A stretch of 63,497 bases of DNA, the filler included, from Perkinsus olseni (taxonomy: Eukaryota): assembly GCA_013115125.1 (NCBI GenBank). It is 8 parts of 8 records of this genome, joined end to end, with 100 filler letters (N's around TTAATTAATTAA, not from the genome) between each part and the next. Parts side by side here need not be neighbours in the genome. Positions count along the whole stretch, not along the records: positions 31,982 to 39,828 come from JABANN010001004.1; positions 39,929 to 47,748 come from JABANN010001005.1; 6 more parts are not named here. The stretch is one strand, 5' to 3'. A program made the position numbers and the translations under genes. A model generated the notes under the pieces. That model ran no database searches. It had not been told where the DNA came from and saw nothing but the letters and a program-made list of their open reading frames with translations. Below, in pieces: positions 34,775 to 47,848 of this stretch (within the stretch, counting starts at the first letter, position 1; each line of letters begins with the position of its first letter).

Positions 34775-37700
34775 TCACCAACACGACTCGGCAACACCAA
34801 ACTTTGAGGATTCTGTGTGTCACACAAAGACGGCCACTCGCAATGACACGGGCTGTTCTTCATCTGAAAATCATTTCACCGTTTCGTACGCAGAAAATAA
34901 TGACAGGCGAGCGAGAATTAAAATCATTCCGGTGCGCAAGACATCCGCGACGAAAGATTCTCCCCTTATGTTGCTACGAGCTTCGCTGTGCGCATTACCT
35001 GTCTAAACGTCAAAGATATTCGTCGTTGCCGTTCAACGAGCTTCCCATCAGGCCCGACTCTGTCAGTCTTCCTACCCGCTATACCGTGCACCCAGCCAAA
35101 TCTGAAAATCACAGACGATCAGCTTCGCTCCGCCTCTTCTATCTCACACCACAACGGCAACAATCAAGAATCTGAGGTCGTTTCAGACACTAACTCGGAA
35201 GCTCAGAATCGATCCTGGAACCGCATTTTATCAATTCCAGAACCGGAATTGCTTCATTCTACGGCTCTCAAGCCATAACCAATTTCATGGCGCGCGAAAT
35301 TTTACCTCGACTCTCCTCCCATGACCGCTAAGCTCCTCCGCGGCAACCATAACGGCAATGCCCTTTCCTCCTTGTCCCCTTCTGACTTTCTAAACTCCAA
35401 CACAATACCTGAGTCAACCTAGGATACCCGTGGCGGTAGCATGGACGAGTACCAGTGAAATGAAGATAGCGAGTGGTCGTAAGTAGTTTTCTCGCTCACA
35501 AAAACCCGTTCTCAGATTCCGCTATTTTGTCAGTTCAAAAAGTCTATGGAATTCATCGGCCGCAGAGACTTCAAAGCTCAACACTACGAGCGAGAAAAAA
35601 ATTAAACCAAGAATCAATCACTAAAACTTTCTCACAAAATCATCGCGCCATTCAACTTTCTCAGTCCCTCTAGTATCGATTGAAGCATCCATTTCACATC
35701 GCAAACATATCCTTAAAAGTCCCTTCAGTATCGGTCTCCGCGCTTCACGCCAATACAAACGAACCCCCTCCCTCCTTTACCCCCGGCAATCGACAGTATC
35801 ACTATGGGCCCCTCGAACGCCGAATGCGTATCAACATGAAAGGCAATACCAACTCCTGGGGTGTACCTACACCCGCAGTACCATCACGATCCAAGAGAAA
35901 ATACTACTCATTAATCGTCAGCTGATCAGGCTCGAAATCCCGTGCCTCGTCGACGCTATTAGTCCGGATACGTCTAACCAACTCCTCAGTGTACGCAGGC
36001 ATGATCGCTTCGCATTTCAGGTCGGCATCTTCAGCCCGTAGAGAAGCATAGTTGAAAGCATGACCAAAGTGCTGTACCTTCACACGAACGGCAACAAAAG
36101 TCGGAAGAAAACACCATTGTTCATTGGCCTGCAGGCTGCAGGCTGCCGGCGTTTTTCGAGCAGCAAGACGTGGATGATTGCACCATGTGCTGCTCGATGT
36201 ATAAAGGAGTATTTCTATCGACCCACCAATAATGTGAGATTTTTTATCTTGCCCAATGTGGACCTCTGTGAGCAGCGATGGACGCTCGGCCAGAAGCATC
36301 AACTCCTGCCCTCACCACTTCCTTACTTTATGCAGTTTATTACCCAGTAGGAACTATCTCTCGTCCGCAAAACACGAAATCGTCTTCCCAACGGCATCGC
36401 GAGTCCGAATGCGGGCAAATATGGGTAAAAGCAAGGCCCGACGAGCCGATAAATCAACAACGCCAGTGGGCCTATAACTTAGGAATTTCAAGTGTGTTTC
36501 CTTAAGGAAGTCCTCAAGGGAATTGAGTAAAACCTTAAGGGATGGGCTCAGTGGGTATCATAGGGCTAGGACCTAAACCTTCAAGCGTAAGGATCTAAGC
36601 TTAGGACCTACGACTCAAGACCTTAAGGTTCTACTCAAGGACCTTAAGGTGTAGGAAAGTCGGTATCACAACGCTTAGGTACTTGAAAAACCCTTAAGGT
36701 GTTCGGCTCCTTAAGGAGCACCGTTCAAGGTTCGTCCGGAGCAGCCTTTACGGGCATCCAGACCACTCCTAACCTGCTGGGCGCGCGATTATTGAAATTT
36801 ATTGTTAATCCATGGTACGAAACCCACGAAGGTTCCTCCCACCTTGCCCACTACTCGTCATTCTCATAGTATTAGACTCGTACTACTACCCATGCTCAAA
36901 ACTTAGTTAGTTTCGCACACACTTTCGCACGAGTTGAGGCAAAACTCCCGCAGCAGGATCAAAAAGACTATCATCGCTGACCACCCGTCAAGCATCAACG
37001 ATTATTCAACGCCCGTCAGCGGCGTAAACTATGCCGCGCTGCACGACCCGCGTAGTATCTCCTCTCCTATCTCTTCTGCGGGTTGCAAAGTACAACTTGT
37101 ACTGTACAAGCCGCAGGCCTCCACATCAGTTACAAGCCGCAGGCCTCCACATCAATAACAAGCCGCAGGCCGCCACATCAGTTACAATCGAACACGTCGT
37201 AAGGTGCACTTGGTCGAATGGATATGTTCTATGTATAACATGCCCGTGTCCAGGGTTCGATTTTAGGTACAGCGACTATCCAGGGATTTTCAGTCGGGCG
37301 CACGCTGAACTTACTTAGATCCTACGACTTGAGGTTGGACTTGAGCTCCTAATATTTAGGAGCGCCTTGAGGAGCTCCTAAATCTTGTGATACCCACCTA
37401 AGCTCCTAACTACTCCTTAAGGGACCTTTAGGACCTAGACCTAAATCTTAGGTCCTAAGTTTCGTGCATTCCCTAAGTTATAGGCCCAGTATATTGGAGA
37501 ACAGTCTATGTTGGTCCAACACGCTGATGTGCACCCCGGTAAACCACCCGACAACTACCCGTCTTCTTATGGTCTCATCCCACTGCCCTTCGTCCACTAC
37601 CACCAAAAGCCTCTTCTCCTCCTCCTCCGTTATGAAGTCGGGTATAACCGTGAGGCCTGGCGGAAGCTCATCAGTGGTGGTTGATACCGACTCTAATGTT

Positions 37701-38270
37701 GATGAGCCGCTGTCGCCCCGCTCAGTGACGAACTCGGCCCGTCTGAAAACTAATAATACTGGACGACCCGGAAAATTGTTTCCTAACCCTTCAGTATAGG
37801 TTGAGTGAGCAATTTCGAAGATACTTCCTACGCTTGGTGACATAGGAAGGCTAAATCTTCTTTTTTCCGATCTACTGCACGGCTATCCTCACAACCATCA
37901 GATGAGAGTTCGAAAAGTTTGATAATAGTTTCCTACACAACGCCGCTCCCATTTAGTAAACCTTAACCTCTTTCATGAAGGCCTATCATCGACCTAAGAT
38001 TCCCTGAAGCTCCACTCCTAGCTTACATTCCAGATGGCAAACTGTCTCTACATCGCACCGAGTCCTCAGCAGTCTCAAAAGAAACGAACGTGAAATTGTT
38101 TTCGATGAGGCAATCGATCAGACCGTAGGGATCATTAAGAAATCGCCGTAACCCTTCGAGGTCCGTGATACCGTTAGTGTGACCTGACATAACACCATCA
38201 TTATCGGTGGTGCGCTCAACTGCCCAGCCAAAGACAGCAAATATTAGCGTGACAGGCGACGCCCTTCGTG
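34775..38270 (-). CDS. ALKBH8: ALKBH8-like 2OG-Fe(II) dioxygenase (RRM + AlkB + Zn motif), multi-exon; start uncertain
   Basis: FTFVSF (RRM), LPPGLTVIPDFITEEEE, VQHFGHAFNY, PDQLTINE, GIAFHVDTHSAF, LPRRSL, HGIAGRKTD, RISLTFR, PCHCEWPSLCD. Confidence 0.85.
36468..37487. mobile_element. PIF/Harbinger-group MITE in an ALKBH8 intron
   Basis: 16-bp TIRs GGGCCTATAACTTAGG / CCTAAGTTATAGGCCC, 3-bp TSD AGT, many subterminal CCTTAAGG/CCTAAG motifs. Confidence 0.85.
37107..37186. repeat. 26-bp tandem repeat inside the MITE
   Basis: ACAAGCCGCAGGCC(T/G)CCACATCA three times. Confidence 0.85.
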
Positions 38271-39188
38271 CATCGGTGTTGTATCAATCGATAGGTAGCA
38301 GCGGACACCGCGAGGCAACAGAGGCGAATGGATGCATCCCATCCTTGATCCGGCACACATGGCCAGTTTTATTTTCTAATTTCCCTTCAACCATTGCTAA
38401 TCTTGATTTGAGGGCTCATCTCATCGGTTGGAACAACACGTGTGAGCGAACGTCCGAGCCCGAAAGTGAATTCTCGAGTCCTGTGAGCAATTCGTGAAGG
38501 TCATTGCAGGCAAGGCGAAATCAAACATCGAGTCTCCCAACATTACCGCAGGGCGATAGGAACAAGTGCCGTGTTGTTTGAGATGAACTTCTAACCTTCT
38601 TATAGACCTTACGATAGGACATATTAGGAAGGGGGATGAAGAGGAAAGAAACTGCCGAGGAACAAATCCATGATAGCTCAGCCTTTGGCACTTGGAGCAG
38701 GACGAAATGGACTGAGAAACAAACAGGACCCAGCCAGGAGCGCTTGAGAACCATGAATCAAGATGCACTACGCAGGATACAAGTACGCAGAAACGAAGAG
38801 ACACTGCTTCTGCGACTGTGTGTTTCCGAGGAAAACCCGCCCACAATACAGCGATACGTCAACACTGATGCTGCCTGAAAGGACAATTGGCACCACTGGT
38901 GATAACTTCGTTCAGGGAACCCATGTACCCTTCGCAGGGTACCCGGGCGGCGCACTCCTTGGGCATGCATTGCGCACGACAATAGAACCGCTTCCCCTAG
39001 ACCTCTCGACTGGCAAAATACAACACAGCGGCTATTCTAAAACATCGACGACAGCAACAACATCATAGCATGACAGTCAAAGAAGTGAGCGCTCATGAAG
39101 GGCAAAAAGTATTGTCTAGCCTTACCAGACACATAGATACGAAACAGAGCCTTGATAGATAGAGAACATCGCTACACGGACCTCTTGG

Positions 39189-39710
39189 TTAGAATAAGTA
39201 CATTATTTCGGCATCGATCTCACGCTCCTCAGAGCCTGGAGACAGCACATAGGTTATATTGCCACGCGGGAAAAACTTCCAATCTTCATTCCTGGCAAGT
39301 GCAATGGCCTCCTTGCAAATCGTGAAGGTTTGATGACACAAGTCGGCGAATGTCTTCGAATGCTTTCTTACAGCCTCTCCCACCAGTGGGCAAAAATCTT
39401 TCATTACGTCATACACAACACCCAACTTGCTCACATCGATTCGGGATTCCCGCGGAGCTTGACGAAAGTAGTCATGGGTTGGTTCGGCTCCGAGCCCGAG
39501 ATAGCCGAAGAACTCATCAAAGCGTTCGATTATGTGAGAGAAAGTTGTGTTGTCGAGATCAAGCAACGGATCCATCCTTGCTTTTTGAGGAGGACGAAAC
39601 TTGAAGACGTAGTGTTCATCGGGGTCATCGAAATGCCCTTTACACGTGTGGAGGTAGCCAGGGTTGTTGTGATGTTCATCTTCGCTGAAGCAGAGTCGAA
39701 ATGACCGCAC
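39189..39710 (-). CDS. Hypothetical protein, last exon; 5' part beyond the contig end
   Basis: 173-aa ORF of natural globular composition with no recognisable motif. Confidence 0.45.
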   Translation of the reverse strand: MRSFRLCFSEDEHHNNPGYLHTCKGHFDDPDEHYVFKFRPPQKARMDPLLDLDNTTFSHIIERFDEFFGYLGLGAEPTHDYFRQAPRESRIDVSKLGVVYDVMKDFCPLVGEAVRKHSKTFADLCHQTFTICKEAIALARNEDWKFFPRGNITYVLSPGSEEREIDAEIMYLF

Positions 39711-40416
39711 GCTGTTCAGTCTCTCTCTTACAATGTGGCAACGAAAGCACCCTGTTCATCATTACGCTTTGGGCAAGCTATGGATTGGGTGAGGATCCTG
39801 CGATGGACTGGTGCGTAGGGCGAGCAACNNNNNNNNNNNNNNNNNNNNNNNNNNNNNNNNNNNNNNNNNNNNTTAATTAATTAANNNNNNNNNNNNNNNN
39901 NNNNNNNNNNNNNNNNNNNNNNNNNNNNGGCAATGTTCGGCTGGAGGCAGCAGCAGCCATCAGCCGTAAAGGTCTCGCAAGGAAACTTGCTTGGGTACGA
40001 AGCATCTTCAAAGTTGCTGATTGGGTGTATTTGCTGTTGAATATTCAACTTGTGGCGCGCTCGTAATTAATGGGCGCGTGACATGTTCCTAGCGGACTAT
40101 GAAAAATCGATGTTTGATTGATTCAAGGATGGCTCGACCTGATGGAAAGCCAACGGGCTGACCGAGATAGTCGGATTATCTCGGCTGACAAGGGATGGCA
40201 TCGTCTTCAGCGTCTCTACCCGCTCTTGGCAGTACTAGGCATTTACAATAGGGGTACGCGCTCTGCCAATGATGATGGTTATGTTTGCTAATTACTTCTG
40301 CTGCACTTTGCCTGGTTATTAGATGATAGGAGAATATTGTGAGGAGTGGTAGGGTAGCATTGCGAAGTATTCTGCGTGACGGGGTAGTAGTTGTTGTTGG
40401 TCCTCATCATCATTTA

Positions 40417-41804
40417 ATGTCTATAAATATTACTTTCAAGGTTTCGGGAGGCTCGTCATTTGAGCAGGGTTTCGATCCGGAGACTACTATTGGTGATGTG
40501 AAGAAAGGCTGCGTTGAGAAGTCAGGGGTCCCGGCCGAACAGCAAAGGCTCATCTATAAGGGTCGAATCTTGAAGGATGCCGATACCATAGGTCAACATA
40601 AGATTGAAAGCGGCCATACAATTCATCTGGTTAAGGGTGCTGCCCCTGCCGGTAGTAGCAAGCCCGCAGCTGCACCCTCTGCAGCAGCAGCAGTGACACC
40701 TGCCAGTCAGCCTGCTGCGACCCAACCAACTCCTGCTCCTGCGAACCCGACCCCGGCCCCTGCTGCCCCTGCCGCTCCTACCAGCGACTACATGCAGCAG
40801 GCGATGGCACAGGCTATGGCCCAAGGAGCAGGAGCTGGCGGTGGCATGGGCGGTGGTATGAATGCTATGATGCAGGATCCTCAAGTGGTCTCACAGATGA
40901 TGCAAAGCCCCATGGTGCAACAGGCTATGCAGGTAGTGATCTTCAGTGAGGTGAGTAGCAGACAGTAGCGACTCTGTGCTCAGGCTATCGCAGAGAATCC
41001 TCAGCTCTTGCAGCAGATGATGGCAACGAACCCTATGATGCAGCAGATGATGGTAGGGTGAAGTTTGCTGCTTCGCTCCGCTAAAGGGTTTCCATTTTTA
41101 GGCACAGAATCCGCAGATGGCTGCTATAATGTCTAACCCTGACCTTCTTCGATTTTTGATGAACCCTCAGACGATGCAGGCAATGATGCAGCTGAACCAA
41201 GCAATGGTAGTACAATCGCCAGGAGGTGCTGCCTGAGAGGACCAATCTCTTTAGGCTGGTAGTCAGCAGCAACAACAGCAGCAACCCGGTGGGAATGGAG
41301 CAGCGGCCCCGGCCGCCCCCACGCCGTCACCTGCGGCAACTCCCGCCACTACTGGTCAAACCGCTCCGCCCGCCACTGCCACTCCGAGTGGTAATAATCA
41401 GTTTGACGAGGGGGTTGTTGATACGTGTTTTTGGTAGGTCCAGCGACCTCAGGGCAGCCTGATTATGCTTCCATGATGCAGGCTATGCAGAACAACCCTC
41501 TAATGGCGCAGATGTTAGGTAAGGAGGATGTAGACGGGTCATGTAGCTATGACGTATCTTTCAGCCGGCGGTGGAGCTGGAGCTATTCCCCCACCTAACC
41601 AGGCCGAGCTGGAGCAAAGATACGCCAGTCAGTTAGAGACATTGCAGTCTATGGGTTTTGTCGATACGTAAGTTCTGCGGCGGACTCGTTCTTGTAGTGA
41701 TTGTTGGGCGATGCAGGGCGGCTAATCTTGAGGCGTTGCGTGTGTGCGATGGCAACGTTGAGCTGGCTGTGAACTACCTCTTCGATATGGGCGCGGGAAA
41801 CTAG
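40417..41804 (+). CDS. DSK2: Ubiquilin/DSK2-like UBL-STI1-UBA protein, multi-exon
   Basis: UBL QQRLIYKGRILKD..TIHLVK, M/Q-rich STI1 repeats, UBA YASQLETLQSMGF..NVELAVNYLF. Stop at 41802-41804. Confidence 0.92.
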
Positions 41805-42699
41805 GAAGGTTGATGGTGATAGCAAGATGGTAGCTAGATACCCCTTTTCTTTGTACATCAATTCCGGTATCTAAGGGTCGAGCTTGGTCAATTCATGGTG
41901 GGAAGATACGGGCTCTGCAGTGAACTGGTTAGACGACGAGATTCGGGGCGCTCTGGCACGAGGCAGTTATCTGTCATTCTCATGTTGGTGTCAACTGAGT
42001 CTCCGAGAGAGAATCCGATCAACTCACAGGGGACGGCAAAGCCGATGAAGGGGAGTAAGGTCTGCGGGTCCGTCGCGAAAAGCTGGTATGGACACAGGCA
42101 CAAATAGTGCCGTCACGCCCCCGCCTTCGGTAGACCCGCCAATGCTTGAAAGACAGCGGCCTGTTACACCTATTGGAACAGGAGGTGCCTCTGCTTTCTG
42201 TAGGCTTCACAGTGCATCTGCCAGGGTCATCAGTCTCGCAGCGGAGGCCATCCTCATTACATGCCGGACAGCCTAGAACGCCAACTGAATTCGTCGTGGC
42301 CATTAGTGGCTCCATAGACGGAGCCAAGGTCACCGTTATTTGAAACTACACCGTTTGGTAGCCCGCTTTGGAATCCTTACAGGTCTGCGCGGTCGGGTAC
42401 GGCCCTCTGGCGGTGTCGTATACATTTCACAGTTCTACTCCGGATTGGACACTCGTGAGTTAGTGTAACTGGGGGATGGTTTGACGAGTATGCCGGTAAT
42501 CGAAAGGTCCATGGGTCAATCCAAGGTGTCAGCCAATTTTCACATCCCCGGATTGCCAGTGGCATCCTCGGTGGTAATACGAGTGTTCAAGCAGATGATC
42601 TTGTTTGGAATCTTCCGCTTGGCCTTACTTATCGGTCGACCAACCCCCACGGCTGGCCGAGGTGAGCTTTCATTGGGTCTACTCTCTCTGACGCTATCA

Positions 42700-43480
42700 C
42701 TGACGCGATGGGCAATGACAGATTGCTAGCTTAGAGATCTCGGAGTCCTCAGGTTGATACTGACCATTGAGGGTGATGACTGGCTGGGTCGAAGGGTAGC
42801 GGTCGGGTATGGTGTGATCACGGTGCCGACTTGCCCTGGTAGCTTGACGGTATTTTTGCGAGTCGTATCAGCCCAACTTTGCAGGACGCCACGTCAGGAC
42901 GTGTTTCGTATATCGTCCGTGCAGTAGCACCTGGCAGGCGAGAGTGATGGGGTGGTTGATGGGTAGCCCGGCTCGGCTCAAGGATCCGAGAATCCTTGCT
43001 GGAAATGATGGTCGGGATGGTGAGCTTGTCTCTCATGCCGCTTGCGATGTACCGCCTTCCTTCAGTGCTCCGTGTGGCCTCCTCTGGGCTGGAGGTCACA
43101 GTGACCTTTAACGTAGCCCTCAAGGATGTTGAGGGCACAGACTACCATTTCACATGACACACGGGTGCAGGTTTCCTTGTAACCATTCACTAGTCTCGCG
43201 TGAGTCGTTCATGGGGCAAGCACTACTGGTGCCGTGGATCATGGGTAGGATCTGGGCTTCGGTCTCATCCTAAAACAGAAGACATTCGTCGACATTCCCG
43301 GGCGAGGATTTTTCTGCGCGCTGGCGTATACTTGTGATGGCCCTTTGGTGGCCCTCGTTCAGCCTCGTCTGGTTGGGGTGATTTTGCTGGCTCATTGGGT
43401 AGTCAGAGTGTTTTCGCCCCATTAGTTGTTGAGGTTCGTACCGAAGGTCGGTGGCCATCAGCAAATGCTCAGGAGGATCA
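42700..43480 (-). CDS. Hypothetical low-complexity protein exons
   Basis: ORF pieces at 42818-43138 and 43270-43464. No family recognised. Confidence 0.25.
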
Positions 43481-43723
43481 GCGGCATGGTCCCTCGGAGA
43501 AACTACTGCAAACTCGTACGACTAGAGATTGTAAATGAAAAACGAGGACGAGAAGTCGTGGCTAGTCACCAGACACCAAGAATGGCTGTCGCCACGTCAG
43601 GTCGTTCAAAGAACAGGCTCAACAAAAGCAATCGTACCATCGGTACTAGTACCCGATGACACGGGACATAAGACTGTCATTAGTGACCGCGCAGACGATT
43701 CGTGGCTCTAGCTCGTTATTCAG

Positions 43724-46307
43724 CTACAGCTCCGAGCTATTGTTTCCCGACTCGGCCGTTGTAGTAAAGGGAACGGGTCCCATGATACCGTCAATGAAGT
43801 CGTTGATCATGAGGAGGGCCGCCTCTGGTTGCTCGGTGGGTACGAGATGGCCAGCTCGATAAACCTATAGACGGGGTGTTGCGGTCCCTACGATTCTTCC
43901 TACCTGGAAGAATCCAAACATTCCCTTCTCCTTCCATCTGATACTGCGGAGTAGACCGACGGAGATACCATCAGCACCCTGAGGGAGAAGGCCTTGCCAT
44001 GATCCAGGATTTGATGGGAGTGCTCGGGATCTCTCCGGGTCGACCGACATGCCTACCTCGTATTCATAACGAGGGGCTCTGAGGAATGCATCACGACCGG
44101 GCCAAGCCATCTCATTGGCCACGTGCTCATACCCAATCCAATTACAGATATAATCTTGATCACCATCATACAGAAGGACCTTCAGGATAGACATAGCACC
44201 CGTAGTACAGGAGCACAGTACTCCAGAGTACACGCATGATAGGCTACTACCCGACCCCGGCTGGAGTGAAATAGAGATTATCGAAGGCTATACCATCAAC
44301 CCCTGCTACAATCCATGATCGGCGATGAGTAGCTCACTCTGATCTCGGCGTCTAGCAAATCCGGTAGGAGTGTCTCGGTAGGCGTGATCTCGTCCATCGA
44401 GAAATCCCCAACCTGACTTATTGAAATGACAAGGGTGGGTAGGAGATCCTCACATCAGAACAGGACTTGAAGCGCTTGCAGACTCCAAGCTTCCTCTGCA
44501 CGTCTTTCCTGTTAAGATAGCGCTCCAACTGAGAATAACACAGTAGCTCAAGCAAGGACCTATCCTAATCGTGCCTGACGACTGACAACAGCAGCAACCC
44601 ACCCGAGCGTCTCCAATGTTTCCTGTGCTCCCATCCTTGGAGGTAATTCTCATATCGTATCTGAGGCGTAGTCGGCGGACAACAGTAGCCTGTATGAACG
44701 GCATTCCACGACAGCATACTGCGGTATATGAATCATGACTTACACATTGATGCCGCGCCTGCCGAACGGGACAAATGAATCGAGAAAGCTACAGATAGTG
44801 GCATACGGACAAGCGGAACCTGAGTGAATTTAAAGATGACGATGAGCGCTCGCTGCGGGCTACATGACAGAATGTAGTAGCTCCCTCAGCGAGGAAGTAT
44901 CGGTGGACATGACGGGTGAGGTGGGAACACCAGAAACCCAGTAGAGAGGCTCATACGGTCGATGGTGGAAGGTGAGGATCTTTATGTTTTCCAATGGAAA
45001 ATTTCCATTGACACCGCTCCAAAGGGGACGGAGATCCTCCTTACTGTCTCCAGCCAGACAGCGTGTTATGTTCCTTGAACACACTATCACAGCCCTACTC
45101 ATCGTCAGGTATCTGAACAGGTAAATACACGCTACATTGTCTAATGTATTCGCACTCTTTGCGGGTGGCGACGTGCGGAGCAGTGCAACTCTGGAAGGCC
45201 ATCTCGGGGTAGTCGAGGACCCTAGAAGGACCATCACGAGCTTCTCATGTCTTTATCATGAAACCACCCACTGAATCGCAGCATTCATCCACCCATTCCC
45301 AATGGCTATCCCGCGAAGAGGAATATGAGGTTCGATCCTTCTCGTATTCTCACGCAATATTTTATGGGCTATAGCGGGTATATAGTGACCTGAACCATAG
45401 GAATAGTCGATGTTGTGGTATTGCCCCTTTCTCCACCGTTACCAGCATATGACTCCCCAGTGATATAGAAGTCCTTGCCCCTATACTGGGTATGCTTAGC
45501 GAAGAACTCCTGTAGTGCCATGTACCTATTTGCCAAGAGTCTTTAGTCTACTGCGCAAACACATGCAGAATGATGCAGAAGGTATCGCTCCTCCCTACAG
45601 ATCATCAGCGGCCCCGAATGAGCCATTCGTCACAGGTGGACCATCGGCGAATCCTGCTCCTACTGGCTGGTCCACAAAGAGCAGGTTGGCTCGGGTGTTC
45701 CAAGAGTATCTGAGATGTCGCTGCGAATCAGCGAATCTCTCGATTGACGATTCTCTCAGTGATGCACAGCCAGAGCTTCTTACGGGTTGAGCTTAGTGTC
45801 ATTCCCATACTCGTTGATGGTGCATGGGCCATTCTCTAGGATGAGTCCTGTCATGCTGCTGCAGCCGGGCCCTCCGCTCAGCCACAAGACTAGTGGGTCT
45901 TTGGCTGGGTTAGACCGAGACTCGAAGAGCCAGAAGAATAGTCTGCTATGAGTTTGCGTACTCGAGAGAGTCCACGAGCAAATGCTCACCTTCTCCCATT
46001 GCTACCGCTGTAGTAGCCGTATACTTGTTTAACCGCCGGATCACAGAGGTCTTTGCCGCGGCTTAGGAAGGACACGCTGTCGACGTCACTTTCCTGTGCT
46101 TCCTCTCCAAGTGGCTGTGTTTCCTCTAAGGTTTCTGAGAAGAATCGTACGTTGAACTTCAACGGTTGAAGTAATAATATGGTTGGTGCTGCTAGTGATG
46201 GCGACTCGGTGTTCTCCCTGTTTACCGTTGGGCAAACGATAAATCATTCGACTGCTAGCCCAGGCAATCAGCGAGAGCAGGAAGGCGACGAAGCTGATAA
46301 TGGACAT
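43724..46307 (-). CDS. Serine carboxypeptidase (peptidase S10), multi-exon, secreted
   Basis: Signal peptide, [56 protein letters not shown] (S-D-H triad). Confidence 0.93.
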
Positions 46308-47299
46308 CAATGATGAGGTCGAAACTATGGGTGCCGAATTCGATATATCTCGGAGAGGCAGGGCGGCGGTACCCACTATAACTCGGTACAGTGCGGCCAC
46401 TTCAAGACAGGGCTCAAAGAATCAGAGAAAACTGGTCTCGTTTCTAAGTTACGGGCGAACGTATTCTCAATCGCATGACGAGGGTTGCACGCGATTGCTG
46501 GGGCCGACAGATACAAATTGTATCTGTATCATACAATGCGAAAAAAGGCGCACAGGGAGCAATGTGGGTACGCAGCAGCAATGGAGGTGGCAATGGAGGT
46601 TGGCTGAACTTGTGTTGATGCTCCACCAGGCAGCTTGTTGCAGAATCGCCAACAATCTCCAACGAAGATTGTCTCTGTGCATGCGTACAAGTTCTTTTCC
46701 AGTGCCTACGTGCTGCTGTGCGGGCGTGAGCCGCATCTCTTAGTAGACTTCTGTGGTACAGAAAATAGGCATCACGCAAGCTCATCAGCTGGTGACATAG
46801 AGTCACGACGATTCGCGGCCCACGTAAGCATCATGCACTGCAGTCTGAGGTTCTAGACACGTCTCCTCGCATTATCCCACGAAATTATCATCATGAGCGG
46901 AGCTCATTGCGCACACAGCGGCGTTCTTTCTGGCAGGAACTTTCTCCTGCTGTGTTGAAGGCTGAATGTTTCAGACCTTGATTGAACACCGAAAGCAACT
47001 TCTCCGGCATCCACTCGGGGATGCCGGCGGGTCCTATCCCAGAGAGGTGGCGCTGGGACTCGACTTCATGAAACACTGAGAGTAATCGTTGCGAAGTACG
47101 TCGAGCCCCCATTATTACGTGGGTGTGGTTAATACATGGTGTATAGAGCTGCTGTGCAGCCTGCCACTGCGTAAAGCGCTCTGACTTACAACGTGCGAAC
47201 ACTCAAAGTCATCAGACTCAAACTCAAAACGGATGAAACATCGCCGGCAGGACTAATGATGGCGCAGCATCTAGTACCCCAAACTCATAGTCTGAGACT

Positions 47300-47353
47300 C
47301 TCAGACTCTGAGTATGAATCTGTCTATCTGGGTTCAAATCCCGGTAGAATCCT
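47300..47353 (+). pseudogene. tRNA-Gln 3'-half remnant
   Basis: Keeps ATCTGGGTTCAAATCCCGGTAGAA and the array spacer. The 5' half is replaced by palindromic sequence. Confidence 0.7.
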
Positions 47354-47413
47354 TTCGTATTGGTCCATGTCTGCTCGCAAGTGACGGCGGCGCCCTAGAA
47401 ACAACGGCCCGCC

Positions 47414-47485
47414 GGTTCTAGGGTGTAGCGGTTAGCACTCCAGACTTTGAATCTGGCGATCTGGGTTCAAATCCCAGTAGAACCT
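47414..47485 (+). tRNA. trnQ: tRNA-Gln(UUG), U8>G variant
   Basis: Acceptor GGTTCTA/TAGAACC, anticodon arm CCAGA-CTTTGAA-TCTGG, T arm CTGGG-TTCAAAT-CCCAG. Confidence 0.85.
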
Positions 47486-47545
47486 TTAGCATTGATCGAT
47501 GTCTGCTCGCAAGTGACGGAGGCGCCCTAGAGACGATTTTCGTTC

Positions 47546-47617
47546 GGTTCTATGGTGTAACGGTTAGCACTCCAGACTCTGAATCTGGCGATCTGGGTTC
47601 AAATCGCGGTAAAACCT
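47546..47617 (+). tRNA. trnQ: tRNA-Gln(CUG), probably defective
   Basis: Anticodon loop CTCTGAA, but the T stem (CGCGG) and acceptor (TAAAACC) carry mismatches. Confidence 0.7.
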
Positions 47618-47677
47618 TCCGTATTGGTCCATGTCTGCTTGCAGGTGACGGTCCCGCCCTAGAAACGACATTGGTTC

Positions 47678-47748
47678 GGTTCTATGGTGTAACGGTTAGC
47701 ACTCCAGACTCTGAATCTGGCGATCTGGGTTCAAATCCCGGTAGAACC
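47678..47748 (+). tRNA. trnQ: tRNA-Gln(CUG)
   Basis: Canonical cloverleaf GGTTCTATGGTGTAACGG...CTCTGAA...GGTTCAAATCCCGGTAGAACC, cut at the contig end. Confidence 0.92.
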
Positions 47749-47848
47749 NNNNNNNNNNNNNNNNNNNNNNNNNNNNNNNNNNNNNNNNNNNNTTAATTAA
47801 TTAANNNNNNNNNNNNNNNNNNNNNNNNNNNNNNNNNNNNNNNNNNNN

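Noticed and set aside
42961-42982. GTAGCC...GGCTCAAG SL-like match
   Set aside because: Gapped, several mismatches, and antisense to a probable exon.
47354-47748. CRISPR-like repeat-spacer pattern
   Set aside because: The repeats are tRNA genes, the spacers are similar to each other, and there are no cas genes.
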